Shown here: positions 25,058 through 38,056 of the stretch, piece by piece | Position numbering within the stretch: the first letter of the stretch is position 1 | How the letters are laid out: each line of letters opens with the position of its first letter | Program-made: the position numbers and the translations under genes | The notes under the pieces: generated by a model | Told to the model about the DNA's origin: nothing | The model's input: only the letters and a program-made list of their open reading frames with translations | Database searches by the model: none | Source of the DNA: Octopus sinensis | Lineage: Eukaryota | NCBI RefSeq assembly: GCF_006345805.1 | Contig: NC_043009.1 | Location: 56,916,001 to 56,980,000 of the forward strand | Direction: 5' to 3' | Length of the DNA stretch: 64,000 bases

Positions 25058-25982
25058 CATCATCATCATCATCATCATCATCGTTTAACGTCCGCTTTCC
25101 ATGCTAGCATGGGTTGGACGGTTCAACTGGGGTCTGGGAAGCCCGAAGGCTGCACCAGGCCAGTCAGATGTGGCAGTGTTTCTACAGCTGGATGCCCTTC
25201 CTAACGCCAACCACTCCGAGAGTGTAGTGGGTGATTTTATGTGCCACCGACACAGGTGCAAGACGAGGCTGGCAGACAGCCACGCTCGGATGGTGTTTTT
25301 TATGTGCCACCGACACAGGTGCCAGACGAGGCTGGCAGACGGCCACGCTCGGATGGTGTTTTCTTATGTGTCACAGACACAGGTGCCAGACGAGGCTGGC
25401 GGACGGCCACGCTCGGATGGTGTTTGTTACGTGCCCTCAGCACGGAGGCCAGTCATTGCGGTACTGGCTACGGTCACGTTCGGATGGTTTTCTTATGTGC
25501 CACCGGCACTGGTACCACAAGGATACAAATTCCATTGATGTTCATCTATTTTGATTTGGTTCGATTTGATTCGATACGATTCGATTCTCACTTGCCTCAA
25601 CAGGTCTTCACAAGTGTCACAAGAAGGAAGGTATGCACAGGTGGACTGACTACGTCCCAGGTAGGAGCCACGGATTATGGCTTCACTAGTCTTGCCGGGT
25701 CTTCTCACGCTTCCATAGGTCTCGGTCTCTAGTCATTTCCATGGTGAGACCTAACGTCCGAAGGTCGTGCTTCACCACCTCGTCCCAGGTTTTCCTGGGT
25801 CTACCTCTTCCACGGGTTCCCTCAACTGCTAGGGATTGGCACTTTCTCACACACCTATCTTCATCCATTCTCGCCACATGACCATAACAGCGCAATCGTC
25901 TCTCTTGCACACAACAACTGATGCTTCTTAGGTACAACATTTCTCTCAAGGTACTAACGCTCTGTCGAGTAAGTACATAAAC
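25058..25982 (-). mobile_element. 5'-truncated RTE 3' end with 3' UTR (about 60-bp tandem units at 25240-25500) and (ATG)n tail
   Basis: RRLRCYGHVARMDEDRCV..GRGRPRKTWDEVVKHDL; matches 23975-24105 in the opposite orientation. Confidence 0.85.
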
Positions 25983-26166
25983 AAGCACACACACACACAC
26001 ACACAGACACACACACACACACACACAAAAACACACACACACACACACACACTCATAAGTAAGTCCATATATTAATCTTTGCAGGATTTCTCTTCTTGAG
26101 AAAAATTGACGCCAAGTTTACCTCTAATCATAAGTTATTTTCTTTCAAAATTTGCAGAATACATAC

Positions 26167-26232
26167 CTCCTTGATTGGGTTGCTGTGTGCTTTGTTCTCC
26201 ATTTCCTCCAACTTGAGGACTTTTAGCAGTAG
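26167..26232 (-). CDS. Exon, 66 nt: (A)TAKSPQVGGNGEQSTQQPNQG
   Basis: Acceptor catttcttttaag|CT, donor GGAG|gtatgt. Confidence 0.8.
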
Positions 26233-26359
26233 CTTAAAAGAAATGAACAAAAATAAGGAACTGAACAACAACATATGTACTGAGAGGTAAGATACAATAT
26301 GGATATTATACTATGATATATCCACACATTACATAGATCTCCAATTAGTCCCTCATGTC

Positions 26360-27250
26360 CTAACCTACACACGATGTCCTACTATAACAACACTCATCAT
26401 AGCTTGTCCCTCTACTGGATCAACATTTGGCAGGATCTCCTCCTCCCATTTATTCTCCACATTCAGCAGCCTTTCATAGTGGCTTCTCCAAGACTCTTTC
26501 TTTTCAGAATCATTAAAAACAAGTGCACCGTCATCCATGCCCACACATTTCCCTCCTGTGACATCACAATTTTCTTTCACACACTGTCTTGCAATCTGAA
26601 ATACTTCTGTTCTTTGGTCCTCAAGTCACTGAACATTGGCAAACTTCTTCTTTTCTGCTTCTCCCTTGGCTATGTAGAGCTGTCACACAGCCTCCCTTTG
26701 CCTATCTGTTACAGTTCCCTGTTACCTCCACTCTTCCAGGCTTTCCAGGTCTGTTTCTTTGCTCTAATGCCCTTGTCTACTATATTATTCCACAATCACA
26801 TTTCTCTGGGTCTGGAAGGGACTTTGCCCCAGCCCCACATTTGGTCTGTGGTGCTCAGTAAACTGTTTCGTAGGAATTTCCAACTACTCACTATGTCCAA
26901 AGTATGTGGCTCCCCCTCCCACTCGTCAAATTTCTCGATGACGATCTCCCTAAATCTCTGACTACGTGAAGCGTTCTTTAGCTTCCAAATCTTCTTTTCT
27001 GCATTGGTCTGCTGCTTGGCATTCTTCGACCTCGAGTCTAAAGTCAATAATGACAAATCTATTCTGGGGTTTACATTCTTCACCCAGGAGTGCCTTTGTA
27101 TTTATGAGCAACCCTGTGTACCACTGTCTGTTGACGGTGAAATAAATCTGGCTAGCAGAGTCACATGTTTGATAGGTTATCAACTGGTTGCCTGTCTTCC
27201 TGAAGTTAGTGTTGCAGATTAATAGGTTACATACATATGCGACTATGGAT
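26360..27250 (-). mobile_element. Degenerate RTE fragment (APE C-term/linker); duplicated at 29100-29695 and 30945-31270
   Basis: CNTNFRKT, KIWKLK, WRSHYERLLNVENKW match the + strand RTE at 21800-22600. Confidence 0.8.
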
Positions 27251-27299
27251 GCATTTAACATAGTATGAGATGAGCCTCTGTCACCAGGGTAGACATGAA

Positions 27300-27760
27300 C
27301 TTACATTTCAGATCTTAATCCAGAGAAGTTAAAACATGTTTCTATACGTGAATGTAGATATATGAGTTCCAATCGGAAGGTATTGAGACATTTGTTATGG
27401 TAACAGGATTGACTACACCGAGACTGACCTGCAGCTGTCATGTAGACTCATTAATTAATACATTCACACTCGCATTAGTTATAGCTGTGTTTCACAATAA
27501 ATTGTATGCTCTATGATAATCTTTGATATGACACCTTTTTCTGCTGCCAAGAATCTCATTAATTGTGTTGAGAAAGTCAAAGGAATTTTGGAAATTGTCA
27601 CAAGAAGTGATGACTCATGTATCGTATGGTTATGACCCTGAAACTATGCTAAAAGTCAGACCCCAATACAAATGAAAACATTTCAATATATTCAGGAAAT
27701 CCAAAAGAATGGTCCAAGACAGTTCCTATATATTTGCTACATTAGGAAATCTCTTTGTCT
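27300..27760 (+). mobile_element. Degenerate mariner fragment; duplicated at about 31350-31990
   Basis: gaaattgtcacaagaagtgatgactcatgtatcgtatggttatgaccctgaaact resembles IVTGDETWVYGYDPET. Confidence 0.6.
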
Positions 27761-27810
27761 TCACTCAATTTTTAAATATTCTCACACGGACATACAAAAA
27801 CACACACACA

Positions 27811-27841
<31 letters not shown>

Positions 27842-27976
27842 CACACACACACACACACACACTCATAAGTAAGTCCATATATTAATCTTTACGGGATTTC
27901 TCTTCTTGAGAAAAATTGAAGCCAAGTATATCTCTAATCATACGTTATTTTCTTTCAAAATTTGCAGAATACATAC

Positions 27977-28042
27977 CTCCTTGATTGGGTTGCTGTGTGC
28001 TTTGTTCTCCATTTCCTACATCTTGAGGACTTTTAGCAGTAA
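27977..28042 (-). CDS. Exon, 66 nt: (V)TAKSPQDVGNGEQSTQQPNQG
   Basis: Same splice sites as 28915-28980; two nonsynonymous differences. Confidence 0.8.
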
Positions 28043-28710
28043 CTTAAAAGAAATGAACAAAAAAATAAGGATCTGAACAACAACATATGTACTAAGATGT
28101 AAGATACATTATGGATAGTATACTATGATATATCCACACATTACATAGATCTCCAATTAGTCCCTCATGTTCTAACCTACACACGATGTCCTACTATAAC
28201 AACATATGTACTAAGATGTAAGATACAATATGGATATTATACTATGATATATCCACACATTACGTAGTCCTCCAATCAGACTCCCAATGTCTAACTCACT
28301 CAAGTTCTCCAACCATAATGACACTCATCATATATATATTTTCAAAGATATACATACAAATACATAGATTCACATGTGTGTATGTATATGTGAACATATA
28401 TATAATGTAGATTATATATATACATATATATATATATAGATATAAATACATATATATTTACATTCATATATATATATAAAAATATATCATCCAGAATACT
28501 TGCACTAAAGTAAGCAATGTTGTATCAAGTGTGTATTTTCAGAAAAGGACTACTTTGTGGGGAATACAGTGCTGAAATGATAAGTATCTTGTTTTCTTTG
28601 TCACTGTACGTCACTGTGAGTTTTCATCACGCTTTATATAAATATTTTCTACATTAGGAAATCTCATTGTCTTCACTCACTTTTTTAATATTTTCACACG
28701 TACATAAACA

Positions 28711-28802
<92 letters not shown>

Positions 28803-28914
28803 ATAAGTAAGTCCATATATTAATCTTTGCAGGATTTCTCTTCTTGAGAAAAATTGACGCCAAGTTTACCTCTAATCATAAGTTATTTTCTTTCAAAATT
28901 TGCAGAATACATAC

Positions 28915-28980
28915 CTCCTTGATTGGGTTGCTGTGTGCTTTGTTCTCCATTTCCTCCAACTTGAGGACTTTTAGCAGTAA
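28915..28980 (-). CDS. Exon, 66 nt: (V)TAKSPQVGGNGEQSTQQPNQG
   Basis: Acceptor catttcttttaag|TT, donor GGAG|gtatgt; phase 1-1. Confidence 0.8.
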
Positions 28981-29689
28981 CTTAAAAGAAATGAACAAAA
29001 ATAAGGAACTGAACAACAACATATGTACTGAGAGGTAAGATACAATATGGATATTATACTATGATATATCCACACATTACATAGATCTCCAATTAGTCCC
29101 TCATGTTCTAACATACACACGATGTCCTACTATAACAACACTCATCATAGCTTGTCCCTCTACTGGATCAACTTTTGGCAGGCTCACCTCCTCCCATTTA
29201 TTCTCCACATTCAGCAGCCTTTCATAATGGCTTCTCCAAGACTCTTTCTTTTCAGAATCATTAAAAACAAGTGCACCGTCATCCATGCCCACACATTTTC
29301 CTCCTGTGACATCACAATTTTCTTTCACACACTGCGTTGCTATCTGAAATACCTCTGTTCTTTGGTCCTCACGTAACTGCACATTTGCAAACTTCTTCTT
29401 TTCTGCTTCTCCCTTGGCTATGTAGAGCTGTCACACAGCCTCCCCTTGACTATCTGTTACAGTTCCAAGGTAGCCCCTCTGTTCCAGGCTTTCCAGGCCT
29501 GTTTCTTTGCTCTAATGCCCTTGTCTACTATATTATTCCACCATCACATTTCTCTGGGTCTGGAAGGGACTTTGCCCCTGCCCCACATTTGGTCTGTGGT
29601 GCTCAGTAAGCTATTTCGTAGGAATTTCCAACTACGCACTATGTCCAAAGAATGTGGCTCCTCCTCCCACTCATCAAATTTCTCGATGA

Positions 29690-30900
29690 CGATCTCTTTG
29701 TGCCAGATGATGAGAGATGAGAGTATGACAGAAGGAAAGAAACTATGGCTACCATAGTTGGGGGGAGAGAGCAAGAGAGAGAGAGAGAGAGAGAATTATC
29801 AAGAATGAGAGAGAGTGAGAGTGGAAGAGAATAAGAGTGAGAGAGATGGTGGTGATGTGTCAGGGCATACTCCTAAGCTATGGGAATGAGAATATAAATT
29901 AGATGGTAGAGCATTATTAATGGTACAAGTGGTGAGTAGGGAGATCATGTGAATGCAAAGAAAGGGGTAGGTGGAGAATACATAGAGGTGTGGAGGGTCA
30001 ACAGAATAGCAATGATACAGTGGACAGAGACAGAGCAGTGAGGACATGATTGGACTCTAGGAGTGAGGATGGAGAAATAAGTACTATGCATGAGAAAAGA
30101 AGAAATGTGAGGAAGAGAAGGGGAGATGTAGTTTGGTTTACTGGAGTAGGATGTGTGAAAAATGTTAATGTTTCATCTAAGTGAAACATGCAATGCTTCC
30201 GGAACTCAGTTTCACTCAAGTGAGCTAGTCTTCTCAAGAACCTCATATCATTAGACATCTTGGTTCATTGTCATCTACTCGGTGAGGCCCTCAGAGAATG
30301 ATTTCCAGCAGCTAAGTCCAAAATATAGAGCAAGCTCATACAACACTGTCATACTCTCAGTGTGCATACACAAACATATTATATTAGCCTCTATAGTGTT
30401 TCTCCACCTGCAAGATGTAGCAGCCAAATGTGCTTCTGATTATACCATTGCCTGAGATATATAGTGTGTAAATAAAAGACAAGGTAGGCTTGGCAGGAAT
30501 ATCTTTGATCATAAATCTACAGAAATAGAGGCTGAAGCTGGTATTAAAAAAATAAAAATAACAACAGTTAAGAGAACAAAAATCACATAAATCCAATTAA
30601 ACATCCACTCTCTCCTCGTCCATTACTTGTAGCACTTGGTGTTCTGCTTCTTTGAGCTTCAAAGGAAAATACAAGACAAGAAAAAGATAGCGCATTACCT
30701 TAGAAAAAATATAAAACAATAAATACAATAAACAATAAAATATATAGTATAATATAGAATACAACGTGGGTGTTATTTTACTTTATATTTACCAACCACT
30801 TAGTTTTGGGGTTCAATCCCACTGTATGCCACCATGAGCAAGTGTCTTCTAGTTTAGCCATGGGCCAATGAAAGACTTATGAGTAGATCTGGTAGATGTA
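29690..30900. repeat. About 1.2-kb near-identical duplication of 38440-39650 (carries the 42/30-nt exon)
   Basis: Base-for-base match from ctttgtgccagatgatgagaga onward with only scattered substitutions. Confidence 0.95.
30627..30656 (-). CDS. Exon, 30 nt: xQRSRTPSAT (paralogue of the 42-nt exon whose original donor is mutated)
   Basis: Same acceptor as 39399; original donor reads CGAG|gagaga; upstream ACAA|gtaatg gives a frame-preserving 30-nt exon. Confidence 0.45.
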
Positions 30901-32629
30901 AACCAAAAAAGGCTATCATATATGTATGCAACTACCCTCTATGTCCAAACTATGTGGCCCCTCCTCCCACTCATCAAATTTCTCTATGACGAGATCCCTA
31001 AATCTCTGATCATGTGAAGTGTTCTTTAGCTTCCAAATCCTTCTTTTCTGCATTGTTCTGCTACTTGACATCCTTCGACCTTGAATCTAAAGTCAATAAG
31101 GACTAATCTATTCTGGGGGTTACATTCTTCACCCAGGAGGGTCTTTGTATATTTGTGTAACCCTGTGTACCACAGTCTGGTGAGGATGAAATAAATCTGG
31201 CCAGCAGAGTCACGTGATTGATAGGTTATCAAGTGGCTGCTCGGCTTCCTCAAGTTAGTACTAATAGGTTACATGCATCACAGAACACCAGTAGCCTACT
31301 TAGATGCATTTAACATAGTATGAGATGAGCCTCTGATACCATGGTAGCGACGATCTTACATTTCAGATCTTAATACAGAGAAGTTCAAGCATGTTTCTAC
31401 ATGTGAGTGCTTATAAATAGATATATGAGTTTCAATCAAACACTATCAGGGCATTTGTTGTGGTAGCAGGATTAACTACGTGGATACTGACCTGCAGCAG
31501 TCATGCAGACACATTAATTAATACTTTCACACTCGCATTGGTTATAGCAGAGCTTCACAATATATTGTATAGTCTATAATCATCTTTAAAATGACACCAT
31601 TTTTCTGCTGTGAAAGATCTCCTCAATTGTGTTGAGAGAGTGAAAGGAATTTTGAAAACGGTCATCACATGTGATGAATCATGTATCTATGGTTATGACC
31701 CTGAAACTATGCTAAAAGTCATACCCCACTACAAATGAAAATATTTCAATATATTAGGGAAATCCAAGAGAATGTTCCAAGACAGTTCCTTGCTGTCATA
31801 ACAAAGAAGAACTGAGAATGCTTGCACTAATGCCAGCAATGTTGTATGAAGTGTGTAGTTTCAGGAAAGGACTACTTTGGGGGAGATACAGTGTTGACAT
31901 TATATGTATGTTGTTTTCTTTCTTACCATAAGCCACTGTGAGATTTCATAACACTTTATATATGCATTTGCTACATTAGGAAATCTCTTTGTCTTCATTC
32001 AATGTGCAGCTCCCGCAAACATGTCCAATTCAATACCGAATTACTTCAAGCAACATTTCCACGGATTTTGTCACAACTCTATTTCACTTCTATCAAGTTC
32101 AGATATTAATAATATGAATTCTCCTCTCTGCTGTGTTCTACCTTGACCAACTTTCTCATCATTCTCTATGCCCTCAGTTATCTACTATACTTACCACTAA
32201 GCCACTTCTGTATATTTAACCATCACCTGCTACATTCACCACTTCCCCAACTCTAAACATTTCCCCCAACACTTTTATGTAACATACCCCTCTTTCACCC
32301 CTGCCCACTCTAAATGTGCAATCATTTGTCCCACATTCCTTTATGTTGATGGAAACATAAAGACACAGCTTCCTAAACAACTAATGGACTTCGCTGAAAC
32401 GAATCAAGTGTCTTTTGGTGCCTATTTCAAAATCATGACACCAGCTTAACTGGCCTTCCTTTTTGCAATTTTGCAGATGCAAGATGCAATTTTTTCATTT
32501 ACTTTTACTCCCACCATGCCTGCAAAAATCTAGTGCTAATTTTTGTGACTTCGGAGTATTTTGACTCCTACTCTTGGCAAACGCTTGCTTGTCAATAGCA
32601 TCCTTGTTATATATAATTCTTATATATCT

Positions 32630-33000
32630 AGGTGCAGAAGTGGCTGTGTGGTAAGTAGCTTGCTTACCAACTGCATTGTTCCAGGTTCAGTCTCACTGCA
32701 TAACATCTTGGGTAAGTGTTCTCTACCATAGCCTCAGGCCGGCTAAAGTCTTGTTAGTGGATTTGGTTGATGGAAACAGAAAGAATCCCATCATGAGTAT
32801 ATGTGTGTGTGTGTGTCTGTGTTTGTCCCCCCACCATTGCTTGACAACCAATGCTGGTATGTTTACGTCCCTGTAACTTAACAGTTCAGTAAAGAGACTG
32901 ATAGAATATGTACTAGGCTTACAAAGAATAATTCCTGGGGTCGATTTGTTCGACTAAAAGCAGTGCTCCAGCATGGCTACAGTCAAATGACTGAAACATA
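32630..33000 (+). mobile_element. tRNA-derived SINE
   Basis: ggctgtgtggtaagtagcttgctt head, ggttcagtctcactg B-box-like segment, cagtcaaatgactgaaaca tail. Confidence 0.75.
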
Positions 33001-33618
33001 TAAAAAATAAAAAAGAATAAGAAAAAATATATCTATTAGTTTTGCCTATACGGTTTTTAGCTTGCAGTCACAAACATTAATATCTCTCATGAGTATTAAT
33101 GTTCTTTATATATTTTATACACATATGTATGTATATATATTTCTATGGGTCTATATGTGTGTATATTTGTGAAACTTTGTCATCACATCACTTGATGGTT
33201 GCAAATGAACATCACCATCATACAAGCAATGCTCTTCTTTTCAAGCCCTCTGTAGAAAACATGCCTGGCCAGGAAAAAATATTACCTTATTTAGAAACAA
33301 AAACGTTATAATCAAGGCAATACATGAACCTCTCTAGAATTTCTCCACCTGCCTGAAGTAGCAGCCAAACCTACTTCTAATCATACTCTAATCTCTTCAG
33401 AAATTTACAGAACACATAGCATACGACATGAAAGATATACAGTCTTATTATAAAACAAGATAGATAGAAGTATAGGCACAAATTTATATTAAAAAATGAA
33501 AATAAAAGCAGTCCCCATGTTCAGTATTTTTGCCATCGTTTCTATCATTTTCTCATAAAGCAAAAGTCAAACATAGAATAATAATAATAATAATAATGAT
33601 AATAATAATAATAATAAT

Positions 33619-33656
<38 letters not shown>

Positions 33657-33667
33657 TGATGATAATA

Positions 33668-34104
33668 AAGTATGGCCTCCATTGACTACAAAGTATGGCC
33701 TGGATTGACTACAAAGTATGGCCTGGATTGACTATAAAGTATGGCCTGGATTGACTACAAAGTATGGCCTGGATTGACTACAAAGTATGGCCTGGATTGA
33801 CTACAAAGTATGGCCTGGATTGACTACAAAGTATGGCCTGGATTGACTACAAAGTATGGCCTGGATTGACTACAAAGTATGGCCTGGATTGACTACAAAG
33901 TATGGCCTGGATTGACTACAAAATATGGCCTGGATTGACTACAAGTATGACCTGGATTGACTACAAAGTATGGTCTGGATTGACTACAAAGTATGGCCTG
34001 GATCGACTACAAAGTATGGCCTGGATTGACTACAAATTATGGCCTGGATTGACTACAAAGTATGGCCTGGATTGACTACAAAGTATGGCCTGGATTGACT
34101 ATAA
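33668..34104 (+). repeat. Tandem 23-bp repeat (aaagtatggcctggattgactac) x about 19
   Basis: Unit is identical to the element's own SMAWIDYK coding segment at about 34257-34279. Confidence 0.95.
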
Positions 34105-36210
34105 TAAAGATCAACTAATGATTAATAAAGCCATAACTGAAGACAGCCACAGAAAGAAGAAAGGCCTCGGTATGGCCTGGATTGAGTATAATAAAGATCA
34201 ACTAATGATTAATAAAGCCATAACTGAAGACAGCCACAGAAAGAAGAAAGGCCTCAGTATGGCCTGGATTGACTACAAAAAGGCATTTGATAGCATCCCC
34301 CACACATGGATCCTCGAAACACTAGCCATTAACAAAGTAGCACCAACAATCATAAAATTCATAGAGCACTCTATGAATAAATGGCAAACAGTCCTACACC
34401 TTCAAACAAAAGAGGGACTCATGAAAACCAAAGACATCCCCATTAGAAGAGGAATATTCCAGGGAGACATGCTCTCTCCACTCCTTTTCTGCTTGGCACT
34501 GTCACCTCTATCTGATATGCTAAATAGAACTGGATGCGGATATAAATGTTACGGCAAAACGATCAGCCACCTTTTATATATGGATGACCTAAAACTATAT
34601 GCTGCAAATGACAAACAGCTGGAAACACTATTAAAGACATAGATATGAAATTTGGATTAGAAAAATGCGCCAAAGTAACCATGAAAAGAGGAAAACTAGT
34701 TAAGAGTAACAACATCACACTAGATAAAACCAATGAAATAAAAGAATTAGACGAAAGCCAAACTTACAAATACTTAGGAATCCATGAACTAGATAAGACA
34801 CAACACACACAAATGAAAGAGAAAATAAAAAAAGAATATTATAGACGAGTTAGATCAATACTAAACACAGAGCTCAATGCTAAAAACAAGATAATAGGTA
34901 TCAACACTTTAGCTGTCCCAGTTATAAGTTACAGCTACAATATCCTTAACTGGACACGAAATGAACTGACCAAAATAGATAGGAAAACAAGAAAATAATG
35001 ACAGCATCTAGGATGCATCACCCAAAATCTGACATAGAAAGACTATATATACAACGTATAGAAGGTGGTAGAGGCCTTATACAGCTGGAAAACTACTATA
35101 AAATAACCACCATAGGACTGCAAAAATATCTACTTCAGAAGGAAGGAAAACTGATCCAGATAGCGGCAAAACACGAGCAAAACAAAAAACTGTTCTCAGT
35201 ATTTAAGGAAGCTGACAAATACAAACAAGAAATCATACCACCTAATAAACATGAAGAAGAAGAAGAAGTTGAAGAAACAACAAAAGCTATAAAACAAATG
35301 AAATCCAAACTAAAAATAGAACAGCAACGAACCATGATAAAACGATGGCAAGAAAAGCCCCTTCATGGTAAATACTGGACTAAACTAAACGCAAAAGAAA
35401 TAGACAAAAAAAAATCCCAGCAATGGTTGAGAAGCTCAGGACTCAAAGCAGAAACAGAGGGATTTTTAATTGCAGCACAAGACCAAAGCCTCCCCACCAG
35501 AAATTACCAAAAACATGTAATGAAAAGAAATATTACAAGTAACTGCAGAATATGTGGAGATGGACAGGAAACAATAAATCATATTATCTCTAGCTGCCCA
35601 GTCCTGGCTAAGAAGGAATATATTCACAGACATGACAGAGTTGGAACCTACATACATTGGAAGCTATGCCAACATTATGGAATAACAACAGAAAAAAGAT
35701 GGTATAGGCACACACCAGAAAAGGTCACAGAAAACGAGAAAGCAACCATACTCTGGGATATGCCGATACACACAGATAGAGAAATTAAGGCCAACAGACC
35801 AGATATAGTTGTCAGAGACCATGAAGAAAAAAAATGCTTTCTAATTGATGTATCAATACCGGCTGATGACAACGTGACTCTAAAAGAAATGGAGAAACTC
35901 TCAAAATACAAAGATCTGGAAATAGAGGTAACTAGAATGTGGAATCTGAAAACAGAAACAATTCCTATCATAGTAGGTGCATTAGGCATGATAAAAAATA
36001 TTCAGACAAATACATAACAAAACACCAGGACTTACAAACACATATAACATACAGAAAATTGCACTACTAGGCACTGCACACATCCTACGCAGAACACTTT
36101 CCATACAATAACCATCAGAGCATCACACAAATCACAGCACATACCAAGGCACACAGAGCTGCGCTCGGTAGTGAAGTGAAAGCACGCTATAAAAATAAAA
36201 CTACTGAATA
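33668..36210 (+). mobile_element. 5'-truncated R4/Dong-like LINE (RT + CCHC + restriction-like endonuclease) inserted in (TAA)n, disrupted
   Basis: AWIDYKKAFDSIPH, GIFQGDMLSPLLF, LLYMDDLKLY, CRICGDGQETINHIISSC, RHDRV, RPDIVV..IDVSIP; (TAA)n at both ends fits the known TAA-repeat targeting of Dong; breaks near 34640, 34996 and 36000. Confidence 0.9.
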
Positions 36211-36272
36211 ATAATAATAATAATAATAATGATAATAATAATAATAATAATATAATAATAATAATAATAATA

Positions 36273-36651
36273 AGTCCTGTTATTGTAGGTACCCTAGGTA
36301 TATATTCCTGTTATTGTAGGTGCCCTAGGTATGATAAGTTCCTGTTATTGTAGGTGCCCTAGGTATGATAAAAAAGGGATGTCAGAACAACCTAGACAAT
36401 ATCCCTGGAAAACCATGTCTCAAGGAAATCCAAAAGATTGTGCTAACAAGTACTGCCCACATCCTTAGAAAAACCCTATCAATGTAAATGTCTGTGTTTG
36501 CATTACATGGAGATATATCTCTACTTCCCCTCCCCAAGCTTTCAGCTATATTTCAACAACTCTTAACCTTCACTTGCCCTAGGGCGCTGGGTGTGCCCCG
36601 GCAGGTGATTGCATCAAACATGCAGATTAAAAGTAAATGACAATGATGATG

Positions 36652-36660
<9 letters not shown>
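36273..36660 (+). mobile_element. Second Dong/R4-like 3' fragment in (TAA)n, with triplicated 5' junction
   Basis: PVIVGALGMIKKGCQNNLDNIPGKPCLKEIQKIVLTSTAHILRKTLSM*; cctgttattgtaggt(a/g)ccctaggtat occurs three times; TAA runs on both sides. Confidence 0.8.
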
Positions 36661-36699
<39 letters not shown>

Positions 36700-37499
36700 G
36701 TAAAGTTAAGGCAGTACACCAGCTATATAATCTATGAGTAGATAAAGATATTATGAGTTTATCTAAAGAAAAAGAATTGCAACTAAGAGTATAATGGGCA
36801 AGTTTAGTAATGAATAGACTTATTTAAAGTTGGATTAGATCAAATTGTTTAATTTTATTTATAGTAATAATTTTAATCAATCTACTTAGTTTACGTTATT
36901 CAACATCATTCAAGTATACACTATTAAGAACAATACAGGGTACTAGTTGTTGAATCAGAGAAAATAATTTCAATAGTGAGTTATTTATATCAAAAAAGGA
37001 ATTTTCATTACTTCTACATTAACTCCCGGACAAGATAGGGTTATAATACAGATTTATAGTGTAGGAAATTTCTATGGATTTAGATATTTTCTTCTTTATT
37101 CTTCAAATTTATGTTTAAGGTTGAATCAGTTTAGCATGTGAAGCTAATGATGGTGAATGGTTAATGGCTCTATATGAACCACACTGTCCCTAAATGAATC
37201 AAATAGCATGTTTAAGAATCCTTCATTTGAAAATTTATATCTTACTATAATCCCATCAGTGGCATATTGCCTGATAAATCTCTATTGGAGTATTACCTGG
37301 CAACATGGCAAGTTATATAAACCTCTTATTGCATGTCAAATGATATGCAATGTGTTGATAATAAATTTTGCTGGTAAAACATGTAATAATTCAACACCCA
37401 GTTGGGTGCTTCTAGTAGACTGCATCTCTGCAGTTTTCCCCAGACAATGCATTATTACTTCTACTAAGATATGACCTGAGAAAATAGTTGGAAATCACC

Positions 37500-37900
37500 T
37501 TAACATTATGGATGGACTTGTGACACGGAGGGCTATTTGTACCCTTTGTTGAGGGAAGCACTCATGTAAAAACACGCTTGAAAGAAGGTAGTCATTAGGC
37601 CATTTGACATTAGGAATCTAGGTTGAAGTCTTCTAGAAGAAATGTGATGGCTGTCATCTAGTTGGTAGTACCTTTTCCATATTTTAAGGCTCTCTTTGAA
37701 CAAATCCCTATGATTTGAAGCATCTGGATGATATGTAGTACATATTACTGTTTTGATGACTTGGTTAATATATGCCATCACTGTGTCACAGACTGAATAT
37801 GAGCAAGAGGAAGCTTACAGGTATGGCATCTTCCCGGATGTACACCACAACGCAACCATGAGTTGTTACCTTCAAAATACGACATAATTTCGTATGTGTA
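37500..37900 (-). mobile_element. Old CR1/L2-type APE endonuclease relic
   Basis: GCVVVYIREDAIP and VICTTYHP resemble the GGVxxYxR and xxYRPP motifs. Confidence 0.45.
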
Positions 37901-38019
37901 TTTCAGCATCTGTTAAGTCAGCTGGAACACTAGTGTGATGCATGGGGTATCAGAAGAGGCCACTGGTCTGACATATCTATAAACACTCACACGCACACAC
38001 ATACACACACACTTATATT

Positions 38020-38056
<37 letters not shown>

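Larger units (their letters stand above)
24630..29700. repeat. Tandem array of four cassettes carrying the 66-nt exon (starts about 24630, 25980, 27790, 28690)
   Basis: (CA)n + cataagtaagtccatatattaatcttt..gatttctcttcttgagaaaaattga block repeated four times. Confidence 0.9.

Noticed and set aside
33668-34104. 23-bp repeat array as a CRISPR array
   Set aside because: Head-to-tail units with no unique spacers, eukaryotic context, and the unit matches the adjacent LINE's RT coding sequence.
37819-37869. 51-nt phase 1-1 candidate exon
   Set aside because: Another frame reads GCVVVYIREDAIP, part of a CR1-type endonuclease relic.
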